Positions 18,523 to 28,125 of a DNA stretch of 64,000 nucleotides are shown here, piece after piece. The position numbers and the translations under genes were made by a program. Numbering within the stretch: position 1 is the stretch's first letter; each line of letters begins with the position of its first letter. The notes beneath the pieces are model-generated. The model saw only the letters and a list, made by a program, of their open reading frames with translations. It had not been told where the DNA came from and searched no databases. Source of the DNA: Nitrospirota bacterium (GTDB lineage: Bacteria > Nitrospirota > UBA9217). The stretch covers positions 256,001 to 320,000 of the forward strand of contig CAWJQQ010000005.1 in the NCBI GenBank assembly GCA_963845065.1, given 5' to 3'.

Positions 18523-19842
18523 ATGATTGATCTATCTTCCTATACCAAGGCCATCTCCGAAACCGACCCGATGAAGGTGTACGGTCGGGTCATTGAGATC
18601 ACGGGGATCATCATCAAGGCAACAGGGGTGAAGGCGAGCATCGGTGAATCGTGCCGAATCCTTTCTGACCACGTTGAACTCGACGCTGAAGTCGTAGGTT
18701 TCCGGGATGGGAAAGTGCTTCTTATGGCCGTCGGCGATCTCTCTGAGATCAAAGCCGGCAGCAGGGTCCTTCCGATCGGGAAAAAAGTTTCTGTTCGCGT
18801 ATCCCAGGCTCTTATCGGACGAGTGATCAACGACCGTGGCGAGCCTATCGACGGGAAAGGTCCCATCGTGGGCAGAGAGTACCCTTTATACTCCCTTACC
18901 CCCCACCCCTTGAAGCGGCAACGAATTTCTCAGCCGATCGACCTCGGCATCCGTTCGATCAACGGTCTGCTGACCTGCGGTAAGGGTCAACGCATCGGAA
19001 TCATGGCGGGTTCCGGCGTGGGAAAGAGTGTGCTGCTCGGGATGATGGCGCGGTATACGGCGGCGTCGGTGAACGTGATTGCGATGATCGGTGAACGCGG
19101 CCGGGAAGTGCGCGAGTTCATCGAAAAAGATTTAGGTGAAGAGGGCATAAAAAAGTCCGTGATTGTCGTATCGACTTCCGAACAGCCGCCACTGGCCAAA
19201 GTGCGGGGCGCCCTGGCCGCGACGGCCATTGCCGAATATTTTCGAGATCGGGGGAGCGACGTGCTTCTGCTCATGGACTCCCTGACCCGCGTGGCTATGG
19301 CACAGCGCGAGATCGGCCTCGCCACGGGCGAACCGCCAACGTCAAAGGGCTATACGCCCTCAGTATTTGCGCTGCTTCCCAAGCTCCTGGAACGGGTCGG
19401 CACGTCCGAGGGAAGCGGCAGCATCACCGGCCTGTACACAGTGCTAGTGGAAGGCGATGACTTGTCCGACCCAGTTGCTGACTCGGCTAGGGCAATTCTT
19501 GATGGGCACATCGTCCTGTCGCGCGAGCTGGCGATGGAAAGCCATTACCCGGCAATCGACGTGCTTCAGAGCATCAGCAGGCTCATGCCCGATATCGTGG
19601 ACGCAAAACACAAAGAATTAGCCTCCAGGTTCGTGGAAACTATGGCAACCTACAAGAAAGTGGAAGACATGATCAACCTCGGCGCTTACAAAGAAGGCTC
19701 CAATCCGAAAGTGGACCAAGCAATCAAGCTCTACGACAAGCTTCGGACTTATCTAAAGCAGGGAATAAATGAGCGGCGCGATTTTGCCGACTGCCTGCAA
19801 GGCCTCTACTTCTTGTTTGAGAATGCGGGAAACAAACCATGA
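18523..19842 (+). CDS. fliI: Flagellar export ATPase FliI
   Basis: GSGVGKS Walker A, GERGREVREF, MDSLTR, GEPPTSKGY. Confidence 0.97.
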   Translation: MIDLSSYTKAISETDPMKVYGRVIEITGIIIKATGVKASIGESCRILSDHVELDAEVVGFRDGKVLLMAVGDLSEIKAGSRVLPIGKKVSVRVSQALIGRVINDRGEPIDGKGPIVGREYPLYSLTPHPLKRQRISQPIDLGIRSINGLLTCGKGQRIGIMAGSGVGKSVLLGMMARYTAASVNVIAMIGERGREVREFIEKDLGEEGIKKSVIVVSTSEQPPLAKVRGALAATAIAEYFRDRGSDVLLLMDSLTRVAMAQREIGLATGEPPTSKGYTPSVFALLPKLLERVGTSEGSGSITGLYTVLVEGDDLSDPVADSARAILDGHIVLSRELAMESHYPAIDVLQSISRLMPDIVDAKHKELASRFVETMATYKKVEDMINLGAYKEGSNPKVDQAIKLYDKLRTYLKQGINERRDFADCLQGLYFLFENAGNKP

Positions 19843-20276
19843 CGAAAGAAAAGATGGTGTCTAAGATCATCGAGATCAAGGAATTCAACAAAGAGCAACT
19901 CGAAGCCGAGGTTAGGAAGGTGCGGGAGCAACTGAATGCCGAGCAGGTGAAGCTCGACGGACTGGACCGGGAGTATAAAAAAACAATCGTCGAACTTGCA
20001 TGTAAACAGGCAGGCGCGATACATGCGCCCGAAATTGAGTTGTTTCATACGTACTTAAAACATATCGCCAAGCAGATCGATCAACAGAAAAGCGTCGTTG
20101 CGGCCCATGCCGCGGAAGTGGACCGGAAGCAGAGAGCCATGGTTGAGGCCTTCAAGGAACAGTGCCTCTTTGAAAAACTGCATGATAAGATCATCCATGA
20201 GCTGGCAAAAGAGATCTCGCATAACGAGCAAAAAGAAGCAGACTTTACGTTTCTCTGCAGAAGGGCGGGGAAATGA
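19839..20276 (+). CDS. fliJ: Flagellar export chaperone FliJ
   Basis: 145-aa coiled coil after fliI, C-terminal EQKEAD. Confidence 0.85.
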   Translation: MTKEKMVSKIIEIKEFNKEQLEAEVRKVREQLNAEQVKLDGLDREYKKTIVELACKQAGAIHAPEIELFHTYLKHIAKQIDQQKSVVAAHAAEVDRKQRAMVEAFKEQCLFEKLHDKIIHELAKEISHNEQKEADFTFLCRRAGK

Positions 20277-20794
20277 GAAGGAAGGGAAACAATGAGCAGA
20301 CGTCGGAGTTCAGCGGTCAGAACTTTAAAGCTGGGAAAAAACTGCTGGTCCTCGGTTTTGCAGCAGTTCTGTTCCTTCTGACATCTGCCATTCACGCCCA
20401 GGACGACCCAATCAAAGCCATAGAAACAAAACGCGTTGAGCTGATGGAAAAAGAAGAAGCGCTCAAACGCGATGAAGTAAGATTGAATGCTTTGAAAAAA
20501 GAGGTTGAGGCCAGGATCGAGACCTATACGCGGCTGCTGGACCGGATGGAAGCGATGCTCAAGCGTGTTGATCAGGTGAAAGGCGATACGATCGAGAACG
20601 TGGTCAAGGCCTATGAGGCGATGCCGCCTGAAGATGCGGCAGTGCGGATTTCCGCGCTGGACAACAATACGGCACTACGCATTATGACCCGCATGAAAAG
20701 CAAAAAAGCCGGAGCGATCATCGCAGTCATGGAGCCGAAAAAGGCCGCAACTCTCACACAACGTCTGTCCTCTATTATGAGTAAAAAACACTAA
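20273..20794 (+). CDS. MotE/YlxF-like flagellar protein (MgtE N-terminal-like domain)
   Basis: Hydrophobic N-terminal segment, coiled coil, VKAYEAMPPEDAA...MKSKKAGAIIAVMEP; usual position after fliJ. Confidence 0.8.
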   Translation: MRRKGNNEQTSEFSGQNFKAGKKLLVLGFAAVLFLLTSAIHAQDDPIKAIETKRVELMEKEEALKRDEVRLNALKKEVEARIETYTRLLDRMEAMLKRVDQVKGDTIENVVKAYEAMPPEDAAVRISALDNNTALRIMTRMKSKKAGAIIAVMEPKKAATLTQRLSSIMSKKH

Positions 20795-20932
20795 ATAACC
20801 CTCCGGTTAAGGTTTCCGAACAGTTACCCGGAGTTCTGCTCTGAGTGCACTCCTTTCGAGAAGATAGTCCATAGAGGCTGTCGTGCCACGTTAAATACTT
20901 TATGCTGTCTCCGAGATATGCTACAATAGCCC

Positions 20933-21994
20933 ATGCGGATTTGGACCACGCCAAAATTTAATGAACTCTTTGCCATTAAGGAGCTGCCGGTTCGGCTGCT
21001 ACCGGACCATGAAATAAAAAAAATATATCTCCAGCATGCCGAGCTTGATGATATCGCGATTGTCGGCATTGATGATGATTATCTAGATTTTCTAGCCGAA
21101 GCCAGGGTGCGAGGCATTATTGGCCCGATCCTTATCATTTCGCCCGAACCGATAATGTACGAGAACGATCTTCAGCGATTCAACGCTCTTGTCCTGGATT
21201 TGAAGAAAATGGGGGGCGAAGCGGTGTATGACATCGTCCATTATGTCCTGTTTACGGCGCGGCACTACTGCGCTTCATCGTCGCCAGTGCTTCCGCTTCC
21301 TGCCTCATCCAATATTTCTGTTAATATAAAACCGGTGGAGGATGTCGCCACCATCCGCAAGCAGTTGGCTTATCTGCATGAGGAAGAAATTCCGGTCATC
21401 GTTGCCATAGATATCCAGGAACACGGCGTGCCGGTCACTGCGCGCGGGGTTTGCGCAATAAAAGCGATAACGGATGATTCCATTGTCCTGAACCGCTTTA
21501 AACAGGCGGTTTTTCTGCAGGCCATGAAAAAAGGAAATTCCATCAAGTTATATCACACCTATCGTCAGCTAAATCACGAAGCAATCATCGATATTCAAAG
21601 GACCACGAACACGGAAACTCACGCCTCGCTGCCAGACCGTCTATTCATTAAAAAAGACATCCGGATTCAGCCAAACAAGAAGAAACCTGTTGCACTGCAC
21701 GTCTTTATTCCTGGAGAACCGACGACTGCCTGCGACGTCATCGACATCAGCACTAGGGGCATCGGGTTTGTCTGTCTCCGCCATTTCCCCGTTGACTGCA
21801 TATTCAGCCTTTCAATTCAGTTACCCGACCCTAACATGATCATTCTTACGCCCGGCATTATGCGATATAAAAAGGAAAGCAGGGAAGGGATTCATTACGG
21901 TGCGGAAATCAGGCCCCACCCGTGGGATGAAGAAAGCATTGCAAAATATGTCATGAAACGGGAAGCAGAAATTATCAGCCTCCTGAGATATTAG
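20933..21994 (+). CDS. PilZ-domain protein with degenerate receiver-like N-terminus
   Basis: C-terminal KKDIR...DISTRGIGF; DxSxxG present, RxxxR altered to KxxxR. Confidence 0.75.
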   Translation: MRIWTTPKFNELFAIKELPVRLLPDHEIKKIYLQHAELDDIAIVGIDDDYLDFLAEARVRGIIGPILIISPEPIMYENDLQRFNALVLDLKKMGGEAVYDIVHYVLFTARHYCASSSPVLPLPASSNISVNIKPVEDVATIRKQLAYLHEEEIPVIVAIDIQEHGVPVTARGVCAIKAITDDSIVLNRFKQAVFLQAMKKGNSIKLYHTYRQLNHEAIIDIQRTTNTETHASLPDRLFIKKDIRIQPNKKKPVALHVFIPGEPTTACDVIDISTRGIGFVCLRHFPVDCIFSLSIQLPDPNMIILTPGIMRYKKESREGIHYGAEIRPHPWDEESIAKYVMKREAEIISLLRY

Positions 21995-22202
21995 CAAGAA
22001 ATTACCCGTAAATATTCTTATAATCAATAGGTAACCAAATCTCTCCCTGTCTAAAAAATAATCTTAACATAGGACTATCATTCATTAAAACAGAGAATGA
22101 TGAATTTGCTCGCAAATTGACTAAGGCGAAGGGTAAATGTCAGAATGTATGCAGCTTTTTTTGTCAATCCTCATGGGTCCTTTTTTTGCCACACGGGTGA
22201 AT

Positions 22203-22219
22203 GTTACATTTCTGTTAAA
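22203..22219 (-). promoter_or_regulatory. Pho-box pair upstream of phoB, in inverted orientation
   Basis: Minus strand TTTAAC-N5-TGTAAC, same hexamers and 11-bp period as the other Pho boxes. Confidence 0.5.
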
Positions 22220-22270
22220 TCTTTTTGCTCCTCTTGAATTCATTTGAAGATAAATGTTATAAATACGTTT

Positions 22271-22966
22271 ATGAACAATAAAATTTTGATCGTAGATGAT
22301 GAACCGGATATTGCTGACGTCATATCTTATAATTTGAAAAAAGATGGTTTCAGGGTCACGACGGCTTCTGATGGCGAAGAAGCGCTTAATAAAATCAGGA
22401 AAGACAAATTTGATCTGGTAATTCTCGACCTCATGCTTCCTAATATCCAGGGCGGGGAACTATGCCGTATCATGAAAAACGACCCCAAAACGGCTGGCAC
22501 TCCTATTATCATGCTTACGGCAAAAGGAGAGGAGGTGGATAGGGTCATAGGCCTGGAAAGCGGTGCTGACGATTATATAACAAAACCATTCAGTGTCAGA
22601 GAACTCATCGCGCGAATCAGGGCGGTATTGAGGAGAGCTGGTGAAAAAACAACAATGCAAAAGATCATGCGCATCGGGAAACTAAGTATTAACACGGAAA
22701 CCTATGGCGTTACCAAGGGCACTACCCCACTAGAGCTCAGTGCAACGGAATTTAAGCTGCTTTTGTATCTCGTTCAGCGAAAGGGCAAGGTGTTCAGCCG
22801 CGAACAACTTGTGGACGCCGTGTGGAAAGGAGAGGCGTTTATCGAACCGAGGACAGTCGACGTACATATCCGGAGGCTTCGGACCCAGATAGAAGATGAC
22901 CCTTCAAATCCAACATACCTCAAGACGAGAAGGGGAGTAGGCTATTTTGTGGACTCGGCCCTATGA
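22271..22966 (+). CDS. phoB: OmpR-family phosphate regulon response regulator PhoB/PhoP
   Basis: DLMLP, PIIMLTAKGEEVDRVIGLESGADDY, RTVDVHIRRLR; same block as pstSCAB-phoU. Confidence 0.85.
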   Translation: MNNKILIVDDEPDIADVISYNLKKDGFRVTTASDGEEALNKIRKDKFDLVILDLMLPNIQGGELCRIMKNDPKTAGTPIIMLTAKGEEVDRVIGLESGADDYITKPFSVRELIARIRAVLRRAGEKTTMQKIMRIGKLSINTETYGVTKGTTPLELSATEFKLLLYLVQRKGKVFSREQLVDAVWKGEAFIEPRTVDVHIRRLRTQIEDDPSNPTYLKTRRGVGYFVDSAL

Positions 22967-23435
22967 TGTGAAGCGCACATCTTCAGCGGCCTATTTCATT
23001 GTATGCCCTCGGATGCCGTTGTGGTGCTTAGACAGGATGGATGATAATGAAAATTGGGATTTTGGGATCTATGCTCCCGGTAATCTGGAAGCACACTCGC
23101 TGTTCAGTAACGAAGTCGTGGAATTTTTATCCTTCCTTTGATTTTCCGACGCCACCTGACCCAAGGCCTGCGTTGCGGTCGATGAGATAAACTCGCAAAG
23201 GGCAATCGCGATTTTCTTGCGAGTCGAATAAGGCATTGAAAAGCTGGCAGCGGTAATAACATTTTGCAGACTGCCGCAATATTTTGTCGAAAACCTAAAC
23301 AATTCAATTAATGCTCGTTAGGCAAAGAAGCGTCTCGATACGGGACGTGCGAACGGCCACTAACGTCCTTTACCACGCGAAGTCAAACGCCCATCATCAT
23401 AATTACCCCGATGGCTCCAACCGCGAAAAAGATTA

Positions 23436-23490
23436 TTTCATCATCTTGTCATCAAACTGTAATGTCAATGTAACAGCGCAAGAGTATAGT
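23436..23490 (+). promoter_or_regulatory. Pho-box promoter 1 (psiE pseudogene and GH1)
   Basis: TTTCAT(23436)/TGTCAT(23447)/TGTAAT(23458)/TGTAAC(23469), then 10 bp and TATAGT. Confidence 0.8.
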
Positions 23491-23625
23491 TTCACTTCAT
23501 ACTGAAACGCTTTGTGACAGTGGCCAAGGGGGAGCTGATCACCAGCACAGTTACGCATCGCGATCCGACAAGAAACTGTTTCTGTATTGGCAATATCACG
23601 AAATGCGTCATATCTAAGCTCCTGG

Positions 23626-24034
23626 TGAGAAAGCGAATATAAAATACTTTGCTAAATCGTCGACGGCTTGATTAAATCCCTGATACCCTTCGTGATCATC
23701 ATCCTTTTGACGGGAATCGTACGTGTGTTACTCGACCTGCGTTCCATTTTCGGGAGCCAGATGCTGACGGTCGCCTTTGACTTGATGGTGGCCAACAGCC
23801 TTTCGATGTTGATCGTCATCGAACTGCTACGGAGTATTATTAAATATTTACCGTGCACAGGCTCAAAATAACCTTTATAAACGACGCCACACTTGTGTTT
23901 GTTCTCCGCCAAAGCACGATCGGATTTACCATCACAGCCTGGAGCATGGAATGATTATGGCACATGCGGCACTGGTTCTTGTAATTGGCGGAAGCAGGAC
24001 GAATGCTGTCGTTTTCTCACCGGAAAAGATCTAA
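23626..24034 (+). pseudogene. Frameshifted PsiE-family (phosphate-starvation-inducible) membrane protein
   Basis: Joined frames read IVDGLIKSLIPFVIIILL...LIVIELLRSIIKY / VHRLKITFINDATLVFVLR / YHHSLEHGMIMAHAALVLVIG...VVFSPEKI*; frameshifts near 23850 and 23925, and the 5' end is also disrupted. Confidence 0.75.
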
Positions 24035-24165
24035 GAAATGGAAGTAGAGAAACAAGGACAACAGAATAAATGAAAAATGGATTCTGCGCTGTTCGCGATT
24101 ACTCTGACAATACTTCTCCTAATGACCATCCATTAGAAAGATAGAGAAGGGATAGAAGGCTTAAC

Positions 24166-25428
24166 ATGAGAGACCGGACAATGAAGCCAATTTTTCCGGA
24201 AGACTTTCAATGGGGCGTTGCTACATCGGCTTTTCAGCTCGAAGGCTCTCCCAACGCAGATTGGGCGACTTGGGACCCCGTCTTAAGCGATATCCCGCTG
24301 ATAACGAACCACTATGCCCTTTTCAGAGAGGACCTCAAACTCTTGAAGGAACTAGGGGTCAATGCCTATCGCTTCTCTATTGAGTGGAGCAGGATCCAGC
24401 CGCGAGAAGATACCTGGGACGAAGAGGCCGTTGCGCACTACCAGGAAATTATCGACATTCTACGAAGCTACAACATTGAACCAATGGTCACACTCCACCA
24501 TTTTACCCATCCTCGCTGGTTTCTAGAGAGGTCACCCTGGCACCGGCCTGCATCTATCGAGAAATTTCTGCGCTACGTTGAGATGATGGTCTCGACTCTC
24601 AAGAATGTCCGGTACTGGATAACATTCAATGAGCCCTATGTCATCCTGATCGGCGGATACCTCGACGGCTGCACGCCTCCTGGCCTCAGGGACGTTCCCC
24701 GGTCCCTTGTCGCGCTTCAAAATATATTCACCTGCCACGGCAAAGCATACGATATCATTCATCGGTACGTCCCCGATGCACAGGTCAGCATCGCGCATAA
24801 CATGTCCGTATTTGCCCCTTGGAAGAAATGGAACCCCCTCGACCGGCTCCTGAAGAAGTCGGCGAACTATTTCTACAATCACTCGATCATCAACGCTTTC
24901 CAGACCGGTGTATTTATCATTAAATTCCCCTTTTCGCGCGCAGTGGAGATCGAAATCCCAATTAAGGACAAGCTCGATTTCTTCGGTGTGAATTACTATA
25001 CCCGAATCCACCTCCGGTTCAATCCTTTCAAGAAAATGGGAGTAGAACTTCGCTACGCAGATATTGAAGGCCACGGTCTAACTAATCTCGGGTGGGAGGT
25101 CCACCCGCGTGGTCTGGCAAAAGTCTTACGCTATGCTTCACGGCTCGATATTCCGCTTATCATCACCGAGAACGGCATCGCAACGCATGATAGCGAGGAA
25201 AAGGTAAAATATATGAAACGCCACGTGGATGTTGTTGAGCGATGTTTGAAGGATGGTCTCGATGTCAGGGGATATTTTTACTGGACCCTTATCGACAATT
25301 ACGAATGGCTTCAGGGACTCGATGCCAGGTTCGGCCTCTACCGCGTTGATTTCAAAACACTCAGACGTTCCCCGACAAGCGCCGCAACCTATTACTCATA
25401 CCTGATACAGAGCCGATCGAAAATTTAG
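24166..25428 (+). CDS. Glycoside hydrolase family 1 (beta-glucosidase-like)
   Basis: FQWGVATSAFQLEG, YRFSIEWSRI, catalytic TFNEP and ITENG, DNYEW; no signal peptide. Confidence 0.95.
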   Translation: MRDRTMKPIFPEDFQWGVATSAFQLEGSPNADWATWDPVLSDIPLITNHYALFREDLKLLKELGVNAYRFSIEWSRIQPREDTWDEEAVAHYQEIIDILRSYNIEPMVTLHHFTHPRWFLERSPWHRPASIEKFLRYVEMMVSTLKNVRYWITFNEPYVILIGGYLDGCTPPGLRDVPRSLVALQNIFTCHGKAYDIIHRYVPDAQVSIAHNMSVFAPWKKWNPLDRLLKKSANYFYNHSIINAFQTGVFIIKFPFSRAVEIEIPIKDKLDFFGVNYYTRIHLRFNPFKKMGVELRYADIEGHGLTNLGWEVHPRGLAKVLRYASRLDIPLIITENGIATHDSEEKVKYMKRHVDVVERCLKDGLDVRGYFYWTLIDNYEWLQGLDARFGLYRVDFKTLRRSPTSAATYYSYLIQSRSKI

Positions 25429-25460
25429 TAGAGACTTTACTAGCGGTAAATCGTTGATTT

Positions 25461-25515
25461 ATTCACGATCATGTAACGAGAATATCATACTCATGTAACA
25501 TGCATCGTGTAATAT
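25461..25515 (+). promoter_or_regulatory. Pho-box promoter 2 (small-protein cluster)
   Basis: ATTCAC(25461)/TGTAAC(25472)/TATCAT(25483)/TGTAAC(25494), then 10 bp and TAATAT. Confidence 0.75.
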
Positions 25516-25538
25516 CGGTACAGGTACGGGAGGAATCT

Positions 25539-25748
25539 ATGTACAATTCTCAAACAGCGTTCGGAAATAAGTCCTCAGCCACGAGTATCGAGAATTCTAT
25601 TTGCCCCTACAGGAAAGTCCAAAGCATGTATTGCTCTGCATCCGTCATGAAAATGCTCATTGACCAGCGAAGAAATATGACCCATTGCCTTACAGAAGAT
25701 TTCGATTGCTGCCCTGTGTTTCTGGCTAAAGTCTTGAGAGGAAAATAA
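25539..25748 (+). CDS. Small Cys-rich hypothetical protein (69 aa)
   Basis: GGGAGG RBS; CPY...YCSAS...HC..EDFDCCPVF; directly behind Pho promoter 2. Confidence 0.7.
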   Translation: MYNSQTAFGNKSSATSIENSICPYRKVQSMYCSASVMKMLIDQRRNMTHCLTEDFDCCPVFLAKVLRGK

Positions 25749-25810
25749 ATTCGATTGTTAAATTAGCTGCAAGTGCAGAGTCATATCTCTCGAACGAGAA
25801 GGGGGTTGCT

Positions 25811-26041
25811 ATGATGAAGCAAATGTCTTCAGTAATTTCTCGATCCGGCTACGACACTGACAATGATCAGCATGTTCAAGCCATTGACAGGCTTGTGTAT
25901 GAACTTGGAATGCCGGCGGAAGTCGTTAACAGATCCTATAGAGAGGTATTGGAGGAACTGAAAAAGGACATCAAAGTGAAGGCCTTTCTTCCCATACTAG
26001 TCAGCAAAGGCGTCAAAGAACGCTTCTTGCGGCAGCGGTAA
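25811..26041 (+). CDS. Small helical protein, DUF3562-like
   Basis: AIDRLVYELGMPAEVV...Y...L...KVKAFLPILVSKGVKERF pattern recalled for DUF3562; GGGGG RBS. Confidence 0.65.
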   Translation: MMKQMSSVISRSGYDTDNDQHVQAIDRLVYELGMPAEVVNRSYREVLEELKKDIKVKAFLPILVSKGVKERFLRQR

Positions 26042-26159
26042 TACGTCATATCCTGCTATATGTTAAACAATTTCAGAACTCTGGAAGGCGGAACTTTTTT
26101 ACTAAATAAAGGGCAGCGTTCGAATTGTCGCCTGGCAAAGGGAGTGGAGGTGATTGTGC

Positions 26160-26258
26160 ATGAATAAGACCATCCTGAAAGCAATTGAATATGGTTTAAC
26201 CACAGCAGGGGTGATCATCGGAATCCTGTTTATTATCCTTATCATCCGCGGGATGTGA
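26160..26258 (+). CDS. 32-aa single-TM peptide (not in ORF track)
   Basis: MNKTILKAIEYGLTTAGVIIGILFIILIIRGM*, preceded by a strong GGAGGTG RBS. Confidence 0.6.
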   Translation: MNKTILKAIEYGLTTAGVIIGILFIILIIRGM

Positions 26259-26799
26259 ATAAGTTGTATTGAAGGAGTTTCGCTTGGTCATAGAATATCC
26301 CATTCATATCGACCACTCGCCAGAGCTTGATCGGCATCAAGAGACGATGTTCCTCATGGGGAAGCCGGCTCCTGCGAAACGCTATGACCACTCCACGGAT
26401 GATCCAATTGATTTTGAATCGTGACCGGTAATTGCACGCGAATCACATCAATAGAGTCGAAAGGCTCTCAAGCCGATCAATTGATGACTGGGCGTACCTT
26501 TGCAAGATCGTGACTGGCATCTAATGAATCAGTCAAGAACCCTGACTTCTGGCATCATCGTTAGCTAGCCAATTTTTAAAAACATGTGGCATGGCCTAAC
26601 AAATGATGAAACCCATTTTGTCTCATTGCCCTAAAATCAGACAACAATTTAATCGAACTTTCATGTTTTCTTCATACTATCGTAATTCCCTTCCTGTATC
26701 ATCGTCTCAATGGCTGATAAAAAAATTCAGCAGTATTATGGTGCTTTTATGAGGAATAGCGGTGGAGTGCTGTAAAAAAAGCAGACTGAAGAGGAATAA

Positions 26800-27075
26800 A
26801 TGAATCATGTCATAATTAAGATTGAAAGCGGTGTTGTTGCCGACGTATATTTCACCGAGCCTGTTAACGTAACCATAGTTGATCATGACGTTATCGAATG
26901 CGGTGATACTTACGAGACTCGAATGAAAAAAGCTGTACTTTCCATGACGCCGGAACGGAGATTCAGGCACGAGGACATTGAGCAGGTTGTCGCGACGTTG
27001 GTTCTCGAATGTAGACGCCCTGGAGACCGGCATGCTCCCGCCGCTATAAGCCTGATTTTTCAACCTGATCTGTAA
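26800..27075 (+). CDS. Hypothetical protein
   Basis: GAGGA RBS; protein-like N-terminus VIIKIESGVVADVY...VTIVDHD. Confidence 0.6.
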   Translation: MNHVIIKIESGVVADVYFTEPVNVTIVDHDVIECGDTYETRMKKAVLSMTPERRFRHEDIEQVVATLVLECRRPGDRHAPAAISLIFQPDL

Positions 27076-27319
27076 AATATTCTAGAATTTAATGGTTATG
27101 GGAGAACGGTAGAATGGGACAGTCTAGGGAAAGATTGGATGGACAGGAGCATATAGCTAATCAGTTGACAATGACAAAGGAAGCTTCGGTAAGCGAAAGT
27201 TCGATAATCAGTTGAAAAATAAGTATCACACCTCCGGGGGTCGGAATGCCTCCTTTTCTTAAGACGACGTGTACCTTCATCTGTCCTCGGTCTCACCGTG
27301 ATTAAAATAATCCTTTATT

Positions 27320-27374
27320 CTTAACTAAAACTTAACATTATCTTCATTCTCCTGTAACAGCGGGAGTGTAAGGT
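27320..27374 (+). promoter_or_regulatory. Pho-box promoter 3 (lipid-remodelling operon)
   Basis: CTTAAC(27320)/CTTAAC(27331)/CTTCAT(27342)/TGTAAC(27353), then 10 bp and TAAGGT; the ATG follows 8 bp later with no SD, so probably leaderless. Confidence 0.8.
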
Positions 27375-27382
27375 ATCTTCAA

Positions 27383-28075
27383 ATGCTTCTGTGTGACTTT
27401 CATATTCACACCACTTTTTCCGACGGTTCGCTGGAGATGAGAAAGACGGTTGATCTGTTCGGCCAAGCCGGTTTTGATGTTATTGCGATTACAGACCATG
27501 TTGTGAACGGTGACAACGTGATGGGAAAATTCGCAAGAAGCTTCAATCTGTCTGTCAAGGGGGACAACTTCGATGAATATCTTTCCACAGTCCTTATTGA
27601 GAAGGAGCGAGCATGGGAGAAATACGAGATGTTGGTGATCCCCGGTGTCGAGATCAGCAAGAATTATCTATCGAAGGACGAATCGGCCCATCTTCTTATT
27701 CTGGATATCAAGGAATTCGTTCCCGCCTGTATGAGTTACGAAGAGATCTTTCTTGAAGCAAAGCGCCAGGACACCCTGACCGTCGCCTGCCACCCACACC
27801 ATACACCGGACATGGTGAATAAAGATACGCTCTTTCTATGGAACAACCGCGATAAATATGCAAAATATATCGATGCCTGGGAAATCGCGAACCGGGACGA
27901 CGTGTTTAACGTGATCAGCTTGAAAAAATACCCCTATATCGCCAATAGCGATTTTCACAAGGCCCGGCACTTGTACTCTTGGAAAACGCTGCTTAATTGT
28001 GAAAAAAACGTGGAATCAGTGAAAAATTGCATACGACACAATAAGGGAGTAGCGATCACGCTTTTTAGGAATTAA
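27383..28075 (+). CDS. PHP-family metal-dependent phosphoesterase
   Basis: DFHIHTTFSDG, AITDH, PGVE, CHPH and NSDFH metal ligands. Confidence 0.92.
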   Translation: MLLCDFHIHTTFSDGSLEMRKTVDLFGQAGFDVIAITDHVVNGDNVMGKFARSFNLSVKGDNFDEYLSTVLIEKERAWEKYEMLVIPGVEISKNYLSKDESAHLLILDIKEFVPACMSYEEIFLEAKRQDTLTVACHPHHTPDMVNKDTLFLWNNRDKYAKYIDAWEIANRDDVFNVISLKKYPYIANSDFHKARHLYSWKTLLNCEKNVESVKNCIRHNKGVAITLFRN

Positions 28076-28125
28076 ACGATGATAGGTCTTTCAACAAATA
28101 TGTACCAGAATAAAGGAGGAGCCAC

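Noticed and set aside
20800..20920. Sigma28-like strings upstream of the first PilZ gene
   Set aside because: The -10 matches are poor or off by one base in spacing
22967..23430. Short ORFs after phoB, considered as a phoR remnant (includes a GxGGVGKS-like string on the minus strand)
   Set aside because: No kinase boxes in the frames I read; too fragmentary to assign
24077..24136. 19-aa hydrophobic mini-ORF MDSALFAITLTILLLMTIH
   Set aside because: No clear RBS at a proper distance and too short to support without conservation data
26270..26700. Possible decayed gene or repeat (CTGGCATC twice)
   Set aside because: No interpretable frame; an 8-bp repeat is compatible with chance
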